Part shown: positions 17,983 to 27,632 of the stretch, piece after piece
How positions within the stretch are numbered: the stretch's first letter is position 1
How the letters are laid out: the number at the start of each line of letters is the position of its first letter
Assembly: GCA_016215115.1 (NCBI GenBank)
Contig: JACRLN010000024.1
Location: forward strand, 35,337 to 99,336
Direction: 5' to 3'
Source of the DNA: Nitrospirota bacterium
GTDB taxonomy: Bacteria; Nitrospirota; Thermodesulfovibrionia; UBA6902
Length of the DNA: 64,000 nucleotides
Notes under the pieces: model-generated
The model's input: only the letters and a program-made list of their open reading frames with translations
Told to the model about the DNA's origin: nothing
Databases searched by the model: none
Made by a program: the position numbers and the translations under genes

Positions 17983-18528
17983 ATGAAAAAAACCTTGATT
18001 GTACTTCTGATGATCTTTGCAGCCGGCTGTGCAAAAAAACATTTACCACCACCTCAAGAACCTGCGGTGCAAAAAGAGACAGTAAAAAAAGAAACAGTCG
18101 AGCCGGTAAAAAAAGAATTCGTGAAAGAGGTTGTTGAACCAAAAGAAGCCAAACTGCAGGAGAGCGCTGTAATTGCCAAGGCGGAGGAACCTTCTGTTCT
18201 CAAGGATGTATTGTTTGATTATGACAAATATAACATAAGAGATGATGCCAGACCTGTTCTGGATACAGTTTCTTCTTTTCTCAAGAAAAATGGAACCATA
18301 AATGTCGTAATTGAAGGACACTGCGATGAAAGAGGAACAAACGAGTACAATCTTGCACTCGGTGAAAAAAGGGCGAAGGCTGCAAAAGATTATCTCACAT
18401 CCCTCGGGGTCATGCCCGCAAGGTTATCAATTATAACGTATGGAGAAGAAAAACCTCTCTGTACCGAGCAGAATGAAACCTGCTGGCAGAAAAACAGAAG
18501 GGCACACTTTGTGGTTACAGGGAAATAA
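17983..18528 (+). CDS. pal: peptidoglycan-associated lipoprotein Pal (OmpA-like)
   Basis: Lipobox LLMIFAAGC and an OmpA_C peptidoglycan-binding motif (NLALGEKRAKAAKDYL). Confidence 0.85.
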   Translation: MKKTLIVLLMIFAAGCAKKHLPPPQEPAVQKETVKKETVEPVKKEFVKEVVEPKEAKLQESAVIAKAEEPSVLKDVLFDYDKYNIRDDARPVLDTVSSFLKKNGTINVVIEGHCDERGTNEYNLALGEKRAKAAKDYLTSLGVMPARLSIITYGEEKPLCTEQNETCWQKNRRAHFVVTGK

Positions 18529-18594
18529 CATTCAATTAACCACAGAGAACACTGAGGATCTGAATAGAAGATATGAAGTTGAGAAGTTAGGAAG

Positions 18595-19632
18595 ATGAAA
18601 AGGAAATTATATATGAGATTAAAGAATCTTAAAAACAGCCTTTTCATTCTATCCGCTGTCTTCTGTCTTCTTTGTTCTGTTCTAATATTCACCGGATGCG
18701 CTACAACAGAAGATGTGAATAGAACGCAGTATGATACCAATTTATTAAAAACCGAGGTCCGGGATATAAAGGAAAAATTATCTTCACCGCTTCAAAAGGA
18801 AAAACTTGTCACGCTTGACAAAAAACTGCAGGAAATTCAGAGCACACAGGAATTAACTTCTAAATCAGTTTCAGACCTGCTGATTCAATTCCAGTCTCTC
18901 ACAACAGAATTCCGTGTTCTTACCGGCCGCTTTGAAGAATCACGCTATTATGCTGAAAAAGTTTCGACAGAAATGAAGTCTGAAAAAGAAAAACTTGCCG
19001 CTCAATTGAAGGAGTTGGAACTCTCAATTGATGATTTAAAGAAAAGGGTTGCATTAGCGGAAAAAATAGCCTCTCCTGACTTGAAGGAGGAAGCAAACCC
19101 GGCAGAAGAGAAGAAAACTGTTGAAGAAGCAAAGACGGTCGAGGAAACGAAAAAGGCTCAGGAGTCAGAAAAGAAAGGGCTCGAGAAACCTGAAGATAAA
19201 AAAGAAGCTCAAAAAACTGAACGCAAGAAAGAAATAACAAAAACGGATGTGAAAGATGTCTATCTAACCGGTTATCAGGCCTTCAAGGAAGGCAAAACTG
19301 CGGAGGCAAGAGAAAACTTCATGTCTGTGCTCAAAGATTATCCTGACAATGAATATTCGGACAATGCGCGTTTCTGGATGGCTGAAAGTTACTATAAGGA
19401 AAAGAACTATGAAGACGCCATCCTTGTATATGAAGAACTTTTAAAAAAGAATCCTAAAAGCGACAAGGCGTCAGGCGCATTGTGGAAGCAGGGATTGTCT
19501 TTTTATGCTTTGAAAGACGAAAAGACAGGCAAGATAGTTCTGGAGAAACTGATAGAGCAATTCCCAAATTCTGAACAGGCACTGCTTGCAAAAAAGAAGC
19601 TTGGCAAAACCCCCCCTTCAAAGAAGAAATAA
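18595..19632 (+). CDS. cpoB: Tol-Pal cell-division coordinator CpoB/YbgF (coiled coil + TPR)
   Basis: Lipoprotein-like signal (LIFTGC), a long coiled-coil region and C-terminal TPR repeats, last gene of the tol-pal cluster. The start may be at the downstream Met (MRLKNL). Confidence 0.7.
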   Translation: MKRKLYMRLKNLKNSLFILSAVFCLLCSVLIFTGCATTEDVNRTQYDTNLLKTEVRDIKEKLSSPLQKEKLVTLDKKLQEIQSTQELTSKSVSDLLIQFQSLTTEFRVLTGRFEESRYYAEKVSTEMKSEKEKLAAQLKELELSIDDLKKRVALAEKIASPDLKEEANPAEEKKTVEEAKTVEETKKAQESEKKGLEKPEDKKEAQKTERKKEITKTDVKDVYLTGYQAFKEGKTAEARENFMSVLKDYPDNEYSDNARFWMAESYYKEKNYEDAILVYEELLKKNPKSDKASGALWKQGLSFYALKDEKTGKIVLEKLIEQFPNSEQALLAKKKLGKTPPSKKK

Positions 19633-19771
19633 TCGCAATAGTGCCTTTTGGGGGTTAATCGAAATAATGCCCAATAGCTACCCGCCTGGATTTTGTGTAT
19701 AATACCAATTAACAAATAAAATTAACTTCGGATGAACAGTTTTGTTGCAATCCTTTGGAGGTATTAAATTA

Positions 19772-20894
19772 ATGTTTACTTATGATGAGTTAAAAGATAA
19801 ATTAAATGAACTTCAAGCAAGAATCGATACCCTCAGGAGGTATCTTTGATGTTTCCACTCAACTGGCGCGTCGTGAAATACTGCAAAAAGAACTCTCGGT
19901 TGAAAATTTATGGGAAGACCCTGCAAAGGCACAGGAACTGCTTAAGGAAAAATCAGTTGTAGAAAATTTCCTCCAGCCTTTTAATTCGATAGAGAAAAAA
20001 TACGAAGACCTCCATATCCTGCTTGAACTTTCAGGCGAAGAAGGCGGAGAGGGTTTTCTACAGGATGCAGAGAAGGATATCGGGAATCTGATATCTGAAA
20101 TGGACGATGTAGAATTAAAAAGCACTCTCTCGCTGGCAGAAGACAAAAATAACGCAATAATGACCATCCACCCCGGCGCAGGCGGTACCGAGAGCCAGGA
20201 CTGGGCGCAGATCCTGATGAGGATGTATCTCAGATGGGCTGAGCGGAAAGGATTTAAAGTGGAAATAGTAGACCTGTTGTCCGGCGAAGAGGCTGGGATA
20301 AAGAGCGCCACTTTGACCATTAGCGGGCCCTATGCATACGGCTATTTAAAATGTGAAGCCGGTGTTCACCGCCTGGTGAGAATTTCACCATTTGATGCCA
20401 ATAAAAGACGTCATACTTCATTTGCCGCCATCCTTGTTTATCCGGAAATCAGCGAAGACATTGAAATAGAAGTAAAAGAAGATGATCTGAAAATAGATAC
20501 CTTCAGGGCCTCCGGCGCAGGCGGTCAGCATGTAAATAAGACCTCTTCTGCGGTCAGGATAACCCATATTCCCTCCGGTATTGTTATAAGCTGTCAGAAT
20601 GAACGCTCCCAGTATAAGAACAAGGCAACAGCACTGAAGATCCTCAAGGCACGTCTCTACACCATGAAGAAAAAAGAACAGGAGGAAAAAATCGAAGGAT
20701 ACATAGGGGAGAAAAAAGACATTGCATGGGGCAGCCAGATCAGATCATACACCCTCCAGCCATATCAGCTTATTAAAGATCACAGGACCGGTTTTGAGGC
20801 AGGAAACGTGAATGCCGTACTGGACGGAGGTATAGACGGTTTTATTAAAGAGTACCTGTTGTTTAAAAAAGAAAAGAAAAATATGCCTGCATAA
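19772..20894 (+). CDS. prfB: peptide chain release factor 2, with programmed +1 ribosomal frameshift
   Basis: Frame 1 runs ATG 19772 ... AGG AGG TAT CTT TGA (stop 19847-19849). The +1 frame continues GAT GTT TCC ... with RF2 motifs including SPF and GGQ (RASGAGGQHVNKT). Classic CUU UGA shifty site with an upstream SD-like AGGAGG. Confidence 0.85.
19835..19850 (+). promoter_or_regulatory. prfB autoregulatory +1 frameshift site (SD-like AGGAGG, then TAT CTT TGA T)
   Basis: Seen directly in the sequence. Confidence 0.8.
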
Positions 20895-20900
20895 AAATCT

Positions 20901-21545
20901 ATGCTCAAACTCCTGATATTTGACCTTGATGGAACACTTACAGACACAGCTCAGGACATAGCGGATGCAATCAACTATGCATTAAAACCCTTCGGGCAAA
21001 AAATCTATTCGGTAGAGGAGACCAAGGCGATGGTGGGCTCCGGTATTTCAAAGCTGCTTGAATCTCTGCTGCCGGTAAAAGATAACAGATCAAAGGAAAC
21101 AGTTACCAATAGATTCCTTGAATATTATTCCGAGCATCTGCTGGATAATACAAAAGTCTATCCGTATGTAAAAGAGACCTTGTCAAAACTGGATAATTAC
21201 AAAAAGGCGGTAGTGTCTAATAAGAGAGAAGCTTTTTCAAAAAGTATACTCGAGGGACATGGAATCTTAGAGTTCTTTGATATAGTCTTCGGCAGCGACA
21301 GTGTGCCGGAAAAGAAGCCTTCTCCGGTCCCGATATTGAAACTTTTGGAAAAATTTCATGTCACTTGTGACGAAGCAGTAATAATAGGAGACAGTAATTA
21401 TGATATTGAAGCAGGTAAGGCTGGGGGGATCAAAACCATTGCTGTTACATATGGCTTTCGCAGCAGGGAAGTCCTGAAAGACGCAGACTTCATAATTGAC
21501 AGTTTTGATGAATTGTTGAATGTTCTTCCTAAAATCAATGAATAG
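20901..21545 (+). CDS. HAD-superfamily hydrolase (phosphoglycolate phosphatase-like)
   Basis: HAD motif I LLIFDLDGTLTDT, motif II-like S/T, and the C-terminal GDSxxD motif (IIGDSNYDIEAG). Confidence 0.7.
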   Translation: MLKLLIFDLDGTLTDTAQDIADAINYALKPFGQKIYSVEETKAMVGSGISKLLESLLPVKDNRSKETVTNRFLEYYSEHLLDNTKVYPYVKETLSKLDNYKKAVVSNKREAFSKSILEGHGILEFFDIVFGSDSVPEKKPSPVPILKLLEKFHVTCDEAVIIGDSNYDIEAGKAGGIKTIAVTYGFRSREVLKDADFIIDSFDELLNVLPKINE

Positions 21546-21562
21546 ATGTAATCATCTTTATA

Positions 21563-21638
21563 AAATCTCCCCTTACCCCTCTTTGCCAAAGAGGGGAATT
21601 AGTTCCCCCTTTGAAAAAGGGGGAGAAAGGGGGATTTT
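21563..21638. repeat. Family A MITE-like repeat, copy 2
   Basis: AAAATCTCCCC TTA CCCCTCTTTGCCAAAGAGGGG ... CCCCCTTTGAAAAAGGGGG AGA AAGGGGGATTTTTT. Flanked by the HAD stop and the methyltransferase start. Confidence 0.8.
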
Positions 21639-22367
21639 TTGAAACAAGAACAAAACGAAACCCTTGACAGCATAAAAGACATAAAGCTGTTTCAGGCAAA
21701 AAACGGTTATCGCTTCAGCGTAGACGCCCTTTTACTTGAAAATTTTATTTCTGCCAAGCGGCTTGAAAAAGGCATTGAACTTGGTACCGGTTCAGGCATC
21801 ATATCAATCTTACTTGCAAAGAGGTTGAAAAGCACAAAAATTATTGCTGTAGAAATTCAAAGCAATCTCGCTGAACGTGCAATAAGAAATGTGAGTCTGA
21901 ATAGTCTTGATGAGAGGATAGAGATACTTCAAAAAGACATCAAGGATTTGAAAAAGATTTATCCGGCCAATAAATTTGACTTTGTATTTTCAAACCCTCC
22001 TTTTAGAAAAACAACGACCGGTCGCTTAAGTATCTACGAAGAACGTGCTGTCGCAAGACACGAGGTTGAAATAACACTCCCTGATTTAATCAGGACAGCA
22101 TCTTATCTGATTAAACATTCAGGGAAGTTTTTCCTGATCTATCATCCCTTCAGACTTGCAGAATTAATAAGCCTCTTGCAAAAAGCAAAACTTGAACCGA
22201 AAAGGATGAGATTTGTACATTCAAAAATGGGCGAGGAGGCTAAAATGGTTTTGATTGAAGCAGTAAAAGGTTCAGGCACATGGCTTAAAATTGCCCATCC
22301 CTTATTTATCTATGAAAAAGGCAGTGAATATACTTCAGAGTTAAAAAAGATTCTTTCGGTACCCTGA
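21639..22367 (+). CDS. N6-adenine-specific SAM-dependent methyltransferase (TrmN6/YfiC-like small methyltransferase domain)
   Basis: SAM-binding GxGxG (ELGTGSGIISILLA) and the catalytic motif FSNPPF. TTG start abuts the repeat, so the start is uncertain. Confidence 0.6.
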   Translation: MKQEQNETLDSIKDIKLFQAKNGYRFSVDALLLENFISAKRLEKGIELGTGSGIISILLAKRLKSTKIIAVEIQSNLAERAIRNVSLNSLDERIEILQKDIKDLKKIYPANKFDFVFSNPPFRKTTTGRLSIYEERAVARHEVEITLPDLIRTASYLIKHSGKFFLIYHPFRLAELISLLQKAKLEPKRMRFVHSKMGEEAKMVLIEAVKGSGTWLKIAHPLFIYEKGSEYTSELKKILSVP

Positions 22368-22379
22368 TATCAGCTCTCT

Positions 22380-22778
22380 CTAAGTCCTGAAGAAACTGGC
22401 TCCGATCCCTCCCAACAGCGCACCGACAAAGTCAGCAAAAGCATCACCGATACTGGAATCCCTGCCGGGGACAAAGGATTGATGAAACTCGTCTGTAACT
22501 CCATAAAAGACTGTTAAAATAACCGCTGCTAAAAAGACATATCTTTTAATACCGCTTCTGTTGAGCGAAAGATAAAACAAAAAAGCGAGCGGGAAATAAA
22601 TACAAACATGAATGAACTTGTCAGAATTATCGGGAAGTTCAGGTAGATGGAAATTCCGGGAAGATAAATAAAAAATAATACCCATATATCCTATTGTAAT
22701 AAACCAGAAAATAATGGCTTTCTTTGTATATGTCTTTTCTGCCCTGTACATTATGTCTAAATCCTTTGGTCTTCTCAT
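22380..22778 (-). CDS. VanZ-like family membrane protein
   Basis: 132 aa with 3-4 TM helices and the VanZ signature (VTDEFHQSFVPGRDSSIGD). Confidence 0.55.
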   Translation of the reverse strand: MRRPKDLDIMYRAEKTYTKKAIIFWFITIGYMGIIFYLSSRNFHLPELPDNSDKFIHVCIYFPLAFLFYLSLNRSGIKRYVFLAAVILTVFYGVTDEFHQSFVPGRDSSIGDAFADFVGALLGGIGASFFRT

Positions 22779-22851
22779 GGCAAGTTGCTACTACTTAGAA
22801 TTACATAGCAAACGAGCCTCTTGCAAAAGTATCGTGAAAATCGCTTTTGCC

Positions 22852-22932
22852 GTCATACCCGCGAAGGCGGGTATCCAGAAGTCTTTGGTTTTATAGAATA
22901 CTGGATTCCCGATAAAGACATCGGGAATGACG
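22852..22932. repeat. Family B double-hairpin repeat copy
   Basis: GTCATACCCGCGAAGGCGGGTATCCAG ... CTGGATTCCCGATAAAGACATCGGGAATGAC. Confidence 0.75.
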
Positions 22933-23030
22933 AATAAAGACTATTGCAAGAGCTTCAAACTACAAGATTAGTTATAATTTATAAGTTGATTTAATAATAT
23001 ATAATTATAACTAAACTTATTTATTTTAGC

Positions 23031-25007
23031 TCAATTGAATATTTTTATCCATAACAAAAATCTGTGAAGCAGTCCGCCTACAAGGAATGAAAAGGGAAAT
23101 ACAAAACCGGCAATTGCCAAAGCTGCTTTTAATCCTCTCTCCTTTATTATCATGAACAGATTGGCAATACAGGGTATAAAAAGTGTAATGGTCGCAAGAC
23201 TCACTACCACCTGTTCTGTATTAAGAAGTCCCTGTTCCTGCAAAGCAAAAAGTCCTGCGGCGCCATAGTCACGTCTTAAAAATCCCATTATAAACGATTC
23301 AGTTGCCTTTGCAGGCAAACCCAGGACATTGACAATTAAAGGAGATGCTGCATCCTGTAAAAAAAGGAGTATTTTTAATTTTTCAGCAATAAATAATATT
23401 ACAGTGCCGAGTATAAAGAGCGGTACAGCCTCTTTGAGATACCATTCGATACGGTTTAAAGTTTTTAAAAGAACGTTTGAAAATTGAGGCATCCTGATTG
23501 GAGGCAATTCAAGGATGAAATCCGTCCTCTGTCCCGGAATGATTCTTGCAGCGATAAATCCGACAAATAACATTACAATTATCAGCATGAAAATCCATAC
23601 GAGCAGCGCTTCAACAGGCTGTTTCCCGAACATGCCGAGAACTACGCCAAGCTGTGCTGAACAAGGGACCCCGAGGGCCAGGAGCAGCGTAACTATTATG
23701 CGTTCCTTCTTCGTATCAAGGATTCTGGTTGTCAAAGTAGCCATAGTATCGCAGCCGAGCCCGAGGACCATTGGAAGGACAGCCTTGCCGTTCAGCCCCA
23801 TTGTCTGAAATATTTTGTTCAGCATGGCTGCGAGTCGCGGCAGATAGCCGGAATCTTCCATGATGGAAAATGCGATAAAAAAGGTGGCTGTTATCGGTAG
23901 TATTATGGCAATTGCATATGTAAGTGCCATTGTAACAATACCGTAAGGACCAATGAGTAGTTCCTGCAAGATTTGCACAGGAATGAGAGAGGTCACAATT
24001 TTTCCTGCCCACGGGTTCAAATATTCACCAAACACAACTTTTTCCAGATAATCGACCAAAACTTTAGCACCAAACCTTCCGACAAATTCATACATAAGAT
24101 AAATGATAAGAACAAGGAAAGGTATGCCCCATACAGGGTGTGTTGTAATTTCACCAAAAAATCTGGAAATGCCTTTCTTTTCTGTTGCCGCTTTTGTTAG
24201 TACTTCTCCTGCAATGCCGTCAACTATTTTGAGTCTCTGTTCACTGATGATATAGCTCAACTGCATAGAATATTTTTCTGCGGCACTGTCTCTAAGAGAT
24301 TCAATCAGGTTTATTTTTTCTGTTGATACATTCTTGAGAAGCCAGTTCTTTAATGTTTTGTCTCCTGAAAGTATCATTATGGCAATGGACCGTTTTGATA
24401 TGTTCGATAGGGGAAGAAGGGGCTCTATTTTTTTGATGTGCTCCTCAATATTGGGATCATACGAAAACTTGTAATGAGAGACCTTTGGTTGAGCGGTGGT
24501 CTTCTTCAGAGAAGATATCCCTTTCTTCTGAACAGCAATAGTTGAAACAACTTCCACCCCAAAGATGTTACTGAGACGGAAGTCATTAATCTCGATTCCC
24601 CTGTTTAATGCTTCATCTTTCATATTAAGGTCCAAAACGAGCGGCACTCCCATCTCAATCAGCTGCAAAGTAAGAAAAAGCGCCCTTTTAGTGTTTTTTG
24701 CATCGATAACCTGAATTACTGCTCTCGGTTGTTCTTCGAGAAGTATATCCCTTGTAACTTTTTCATCCTCACTCATGGGGACAAGGCTGTTGACACCGGG
24801 GGTATCTACAACCAATAACTTTTCCTTGTGAATTTCCATTTCGCCTCTTGTTATCTCAACAGTAGTGCCCGGATAGTTTGAGACAACCACGTACCGGCCG
24901 GTTAAGAGGCCGAAAATCGCGCTTTTCCCGACATTCGGGTTGCCTACAAGAAATATTTTGGGCCTGTCAGTCCTTATCTCTTCCTGCTTATGAGAATGAT
25001 CATGCAT
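23031..25007 (-). CDS. feoB: ferrous iron transporter FeoB (GTPase + permease)
   Basis: 658 aa. N-terminal G-domain (G1 motif GNPNVGKS, G3 motif DTPG), then a polytopic membrane domain with two gate motifs. Confidence 0.85.
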   Translation of the reverse strand: MHDHSHKQEEIRTDRPKIFLVGNPNVGKSAIFGLLTGRYVVVSNYPGTTVEITRGEMEIHKEKLLVVDTPGVNSLVPMSEDEKVTRDILLEEQPRAVIQVIDAKNTKRALFLTLQLIEMGVPLVLDLNMKDEALNRGIEINDFRLSNIFGVEVVSTIAVQKKGISSLKKTTAQPKVSHYKFSYDPNIEEHIKKIEPLLPLSNISKRSIAIMILSGDKTLKNWLLKNVSTEKINLIESLRDSAAEKYSMQLSYIISEQRLKIVDGIAGEVLTKAATEKKGISRFFGEITTHPVWGIPFLVLIIYLMYEFVGRFGAKVLVDYLEKVVFGEYLNPWAGKIVTSLIPVQILQELLIGPYGIVTMALTYAIAIILPITATFFIAFSIMEDSGYLPRLAAMLNKIFQTMGLNGKAVLPMVLGLGCDTMATLTTRILDTKKERIIVTLLLALGVPCSAQLGVVLGMFGKQPVEALLVWIFMLIIVMLFVGFIAARIIPGQRTDFILELPPIRMPQFSNVLLKTLNRIEWYLKEAVPLFILGTVILFIAEKLKILLFLQDAASPLIVNVLGLPAKATESFIMGFLRRDYGAAGLFALQEQGLLNTEQVVVSLATITLFIPCIANLFMIIKERGLKAALAIAGFVFPFSFLVGGLLHRFLLWIKIFN

Positions 25008-25012
25008 TGTTA

Positions 25013-25516
25013 TTATCTCCTGTCAAATCGTTCTCCCCTTAAAACGTCCTTCTTGCACATCCTGCAATATCCGTATAATTCCATTTTGTGTGTAACCGTG
25101 TTAAAACCGAATTCATTCGCAATCCTTTCCTGCAATTTTTCAATCTTGGGGTTTTCAAATTCAGTTATTGACCCGCAGTTCAGGCATATAAGATGATCAT
25201 GATGGTCCTCCGCAGAGAGAGACTCGTATCTCGTAAGATTATCGGCAAAAACCCTTTCTGTTGCTAAGCCTGATGCTGCAATGAGTTTTAATGTTCTGTA
25301 TACGGTTGTAAATCCGATATTTTTGTGCTTATTGCTGATTTTTTTATAAAGTTCTTCTGCTGTAACATGCTCACTGCACTTGAGAAATTCACCGGCAATA
25401 ATATCCCGCTGACGGGTAGACTTGAATCCCTTCTGTCTTAAGAATTTTCTTAACTGTTCTTTCTTTTCAGCGATCGTAGGGACGGCAGCAGGCTTGCTTT
25501 CATCAGAATGTATCAT
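25013..25516 (-). CDS. fur: Fur-family transcriptional regulator
   Basis: Fur-like DNA-binding helix (STRQRDIIAGEFL ... HVTAEELY), a metal site (HHDHLICLNCG) and C-terminal CxxC (CRMCKK). The ORF extends to 25552, so an internal Met start (MIHSDE) is preferred. Immediately upstream of feoB on the same strand. Confidence 0.7.
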   Translation of the reverse strand: MIHSDESKPAAVPTIAEKKEQLRKFLRQKGFKSTRQRDIIAGEFLKCSEHVTAEELYKKISNKHKNIGFTTVYRTLKLIAASGLATERVFADNLTRYESLSAEDHHDHLICLNCGSITEFENPKIEKLQERIANEFGFNTVTHKMELYGYCRMCKKDVLRGERFDRR

Positions 25517-25554
25517 GTTATTAGTATTAGCACAGCAGCTGTCGTTTGTCAAGG

Positions 25555-25577
25555 AAATTGAAATTCATTTTCAATTA
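25555..25577 (-). promoter_or_regulatory. candidate Fur box (AT-rich palindrome AATTGAAATTCATTTTCAATT) upstream of fur-feoB
   Basis: A 9-10 bp inverted repeat resembling the 7-1-7 TGAAAAT-n-ATTTTCA arrangement, located in the fur 5' region. Inference only. Confidence 0.3.
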
Positions 25578-25688
25578 TTTTACTCGGCGTAAGTTATAAT
25601 CTGGGTTATTTTAATTTTGAAATTGCTTCGTAATTCGAACTGAGGAGTTCATAAGTAAATAGAGTCTGTTTATTAATGTCGTAAATGT

Positions 25689-25806
25689 TCAAACGCGTGT
25701 CATGCCCGAAGCCTGCCCTCGAATGTCGTAATCGGGGGTCTTTAATCGGGCATCCAGAACTTATTAAAAAGACTGGATTCCCGCTCAACAGACTGCGGGA
25801 ATGACG
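25689..25806. repeat. Family B repeat, extended copy with three hairpins
   Basis: GTCATGCCCGAAGCCTGCCCTCGAATGTCGTAATCGGGGGTC ... GGGCATCCAG ... CTGGATTCCCGCTCAACAGACTGCGGGAATGAC. Confidence 0.75.
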
Positions 25807-25863
25807 CTTCAGTGTTTGATTTCATGGACAGACTCTAACCTGGATTTGAAAATCAGGCAAAAA

Positions 25864-26055
25864 TTATTGGAAAGTTATGGCCTCTGACGGGCATGTATCA
25901 GCAGCTTCCTGGCAATCACATGTATCACATTTGTCCTCTGCTTTAACAAAAGCTTTCCCATCGTCACCGAGTTCAAATACCTCAGGACATATTTCGACAC
26001 ATGTGCCGCACCCTGTACACGCATCATAATCAACGACTGGTTTTTTCATATACAC
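25864..26055 (-). CDS. small [4Fe-4S] ferredoxin
   Basis: About 62 aa with CTGCGTCVEICP and a second Cys cluster (CDTCDCQEAADTCP). Confidence 0.6.
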   Translation of the reverse strand: MYMKKPVVDYDACTGCGTCVEICPEVFELGDDGKAFVKAEDKCDTCDCQEAADTCPSEAITFQ

Positions 26056-26196
26056 CTCCTTAAATAATTAATTACTGCATCTGTCTTGTAAGACATAGTG
26101 GATTTTTTAAGCCAGAGATAATAATACCATATTTTACAATAATTAAGTTTAGTTAAAATTTGACGGAACAATAAAAAATCTTTTAAAATCAACCAT

Positions 26197-26273
26197 GCGC
26201 CCATAGCTCAATTGGATAGAGTGCCGGACTACGAATCCGTAGGTTGCAGGTTCGACTCCTGCTGGGCGCGCCA
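26197..26273 (+). tRNA. tRNA-Arg (anticodon ACG)
   Basis: Manual cloverleaf: acceptor GCGCCCA/TGGGCGC, anticodon stem CCGGA/TCCGT (one C-U mismatch at the stem base), loop CTACGAA, T-arm GCAGG TTCGACT CCTGC, encoded CCA. Confidence 0.75.
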
Positions 26274-26420
26274 TTTTTTTGTTTTCTCACCTCAAAGTTT
26301 ACAAAAACTGTCTCTAATTGTTATTATTTAAATTCAGATTGCATGCTTTAACCGTTCAGTAGCTTCTGTAACCACCAATATGTTTTAAGGAATGGTATAG
26401 ACGTTTTTTTATCTGGAAAG

Positions 26421-26510
26421 ACGAGTGAGAAGTAGAAAGTGGGAAGTAAAGAAAGAAAAATTTAATATGCCTTTTTTACTTCTTACCTCTTACTTCCTAC
26501 TTCTTACTTA
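26421..26510. repeat. Family D element: (GAGTGAG AAGTAGA AAGTGGG AAGTAAA GAAAGAA) ... inverted (TTTTTACTTCTTACCTCTTACTTCCTACTTCTTACTTA)
   Basis: Seen directly. A long imperfect hairpin built from heptamer units, sitting between tRNA-Arg and the glutamate synthase genes. Confidence 0.7.
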
Positions 26511-26522
26511 AGGAAAGAAAAC

Positions 26523-27632
26523 ATGTGCAGGCTTGCTGCTATAACATCATTTGAATATTTTTCACCGATAGAAAATATCATGGCCCTTGAAACCATGAAG
26601 GAAGGGCATGACGGTTCCGGCATGGGGCTTATCCTGAAAAGGCTCGGCGGTGAATTTGAGGACCTGAAAGACTATCCAATCCTGTCCGGCATTTGCTCTA
26701 AAGACGGGATGAAGACCCTTGATGATTACATGAACAAGCTCGGGTTCAAACTGAAGTACACCTGGACCCCCAAGATCAGAACTGTCAGAGGGATCACAGG
26801 CCGGGACCATTATTTTGCGCGGGTCTATGATTATCCCGACGTCTACAAAGACAGGGCTTGGGGCGACAAGGAAGACCTGCTCCTGAAGACTAGACTGGCC
26901 CTCAGGAAATTCGGGGAAGGCGATGAGTCAATCATTGTATTTTCTTTCTACCCGGATATACTTACGCTGAAAGAGGTCGGCGACCCTCTGCAGCTTGCGG
27001 AGTTTTTCGGCCTTGATAAATCCCCGCTCAAAGCAAAGATTATCTTTGCCCAGGGAAGACAGAATACCAATTATGCCATCAATATGTATGCATGTCATCC
27101 TTTTTTTATTCAGGGTTACGGTTCGATGACAAACGGAGAGAATACTGCGTTTGTGCCTATAAGAGAATTTTTAATGAGCAGGAATTTCCCCGGCTATATC
27201 GGCTATAACAGCGACAGCGAGGTGTTCTGTCATATTCTTCACTACACCTGCAAGCAGTTAGCTTATCCGCTTACGTACTATAAAGACGTAATCACACCGC
27301 TAAAACAGTCGGAAATCGACAAAAGGACTGACAGCGAGGTTGCAAGATTGTTGAAGATATCGCTAAGGCCGCTTTGCATAGACGGCCCCAATTGTGTTAT
27401 TGCATTTACTCCCGACGGGACCTGCCTTATGGTTCAGGATGCCAAGAAACTCAGGCCGGGCATTGTCGGCGGCATGAAGGGCAAATACGGATTCATGTCC
27501 GAGGAGTGCGGGCTTGACAGCGTAATACCTGAGAGAGATAAATCTCAGGACGTATTCCCCATGAAATACGACATGGTTATTGTCAAGCCGGACGCACAGG
27601 AGGTGATGGTATGGAACCAGCTTCACGGTTAG
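26523..27632 (+). CDS. glutamate synthase, glutamine amidotransferase subunit (archaeal-type GltB domain 1, class II Ntn amidotransferase)
   Basis: Begins Met-Cys (MCRLAAI), the nucleophile Cys of class II amidotransferases. 369 aa, followed by the FMN and GXGXG subunits. Confidence 0.75.
   Translation: MCRLAAITSFEYFSPIENIMALETMKEGHDGSGMGLILKRLGGEFEDLKDYPILSGICSKDGMKTLDDYMNKLGFKLKYTWTPKIRTVRGITGRDHYFARVYDYPDVYKDRAWGDKEDLLLKTRLALRKFGEGDESIIVFSFYPDILTLKEVGDPLQLAEFFGLDKSPLKAKIIFAQGRQNTNYAINMYACHPFFIQGYGSMTNGENTAFVPIREFLMSRNFPGYIGYNSDSEVFCHILHYTCKQLAYPLTYYKDVITPLKQSEIDKRTDSEVARLLKISLRPLCIDGPNCVIAFTPDGTCLMVQDAKKLRPGIVGGMKGKYGFMSEECGLDSVIPERDKSQDVFPMKYDMVIVKPDAQEVMVWNQLHG

Noticed and set aside
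26197-26273. Possible pseudo-tRNA because of a C-U mismatch at the base of the anticodon stem of tRNA-Arg
   Set aside because: All other stems and the T-loop, D-loop and CCA are canonical. Position 27:43 mismatches are common in functional tRNAs, so it is kept as a functional tRNA-Arg(ACG).
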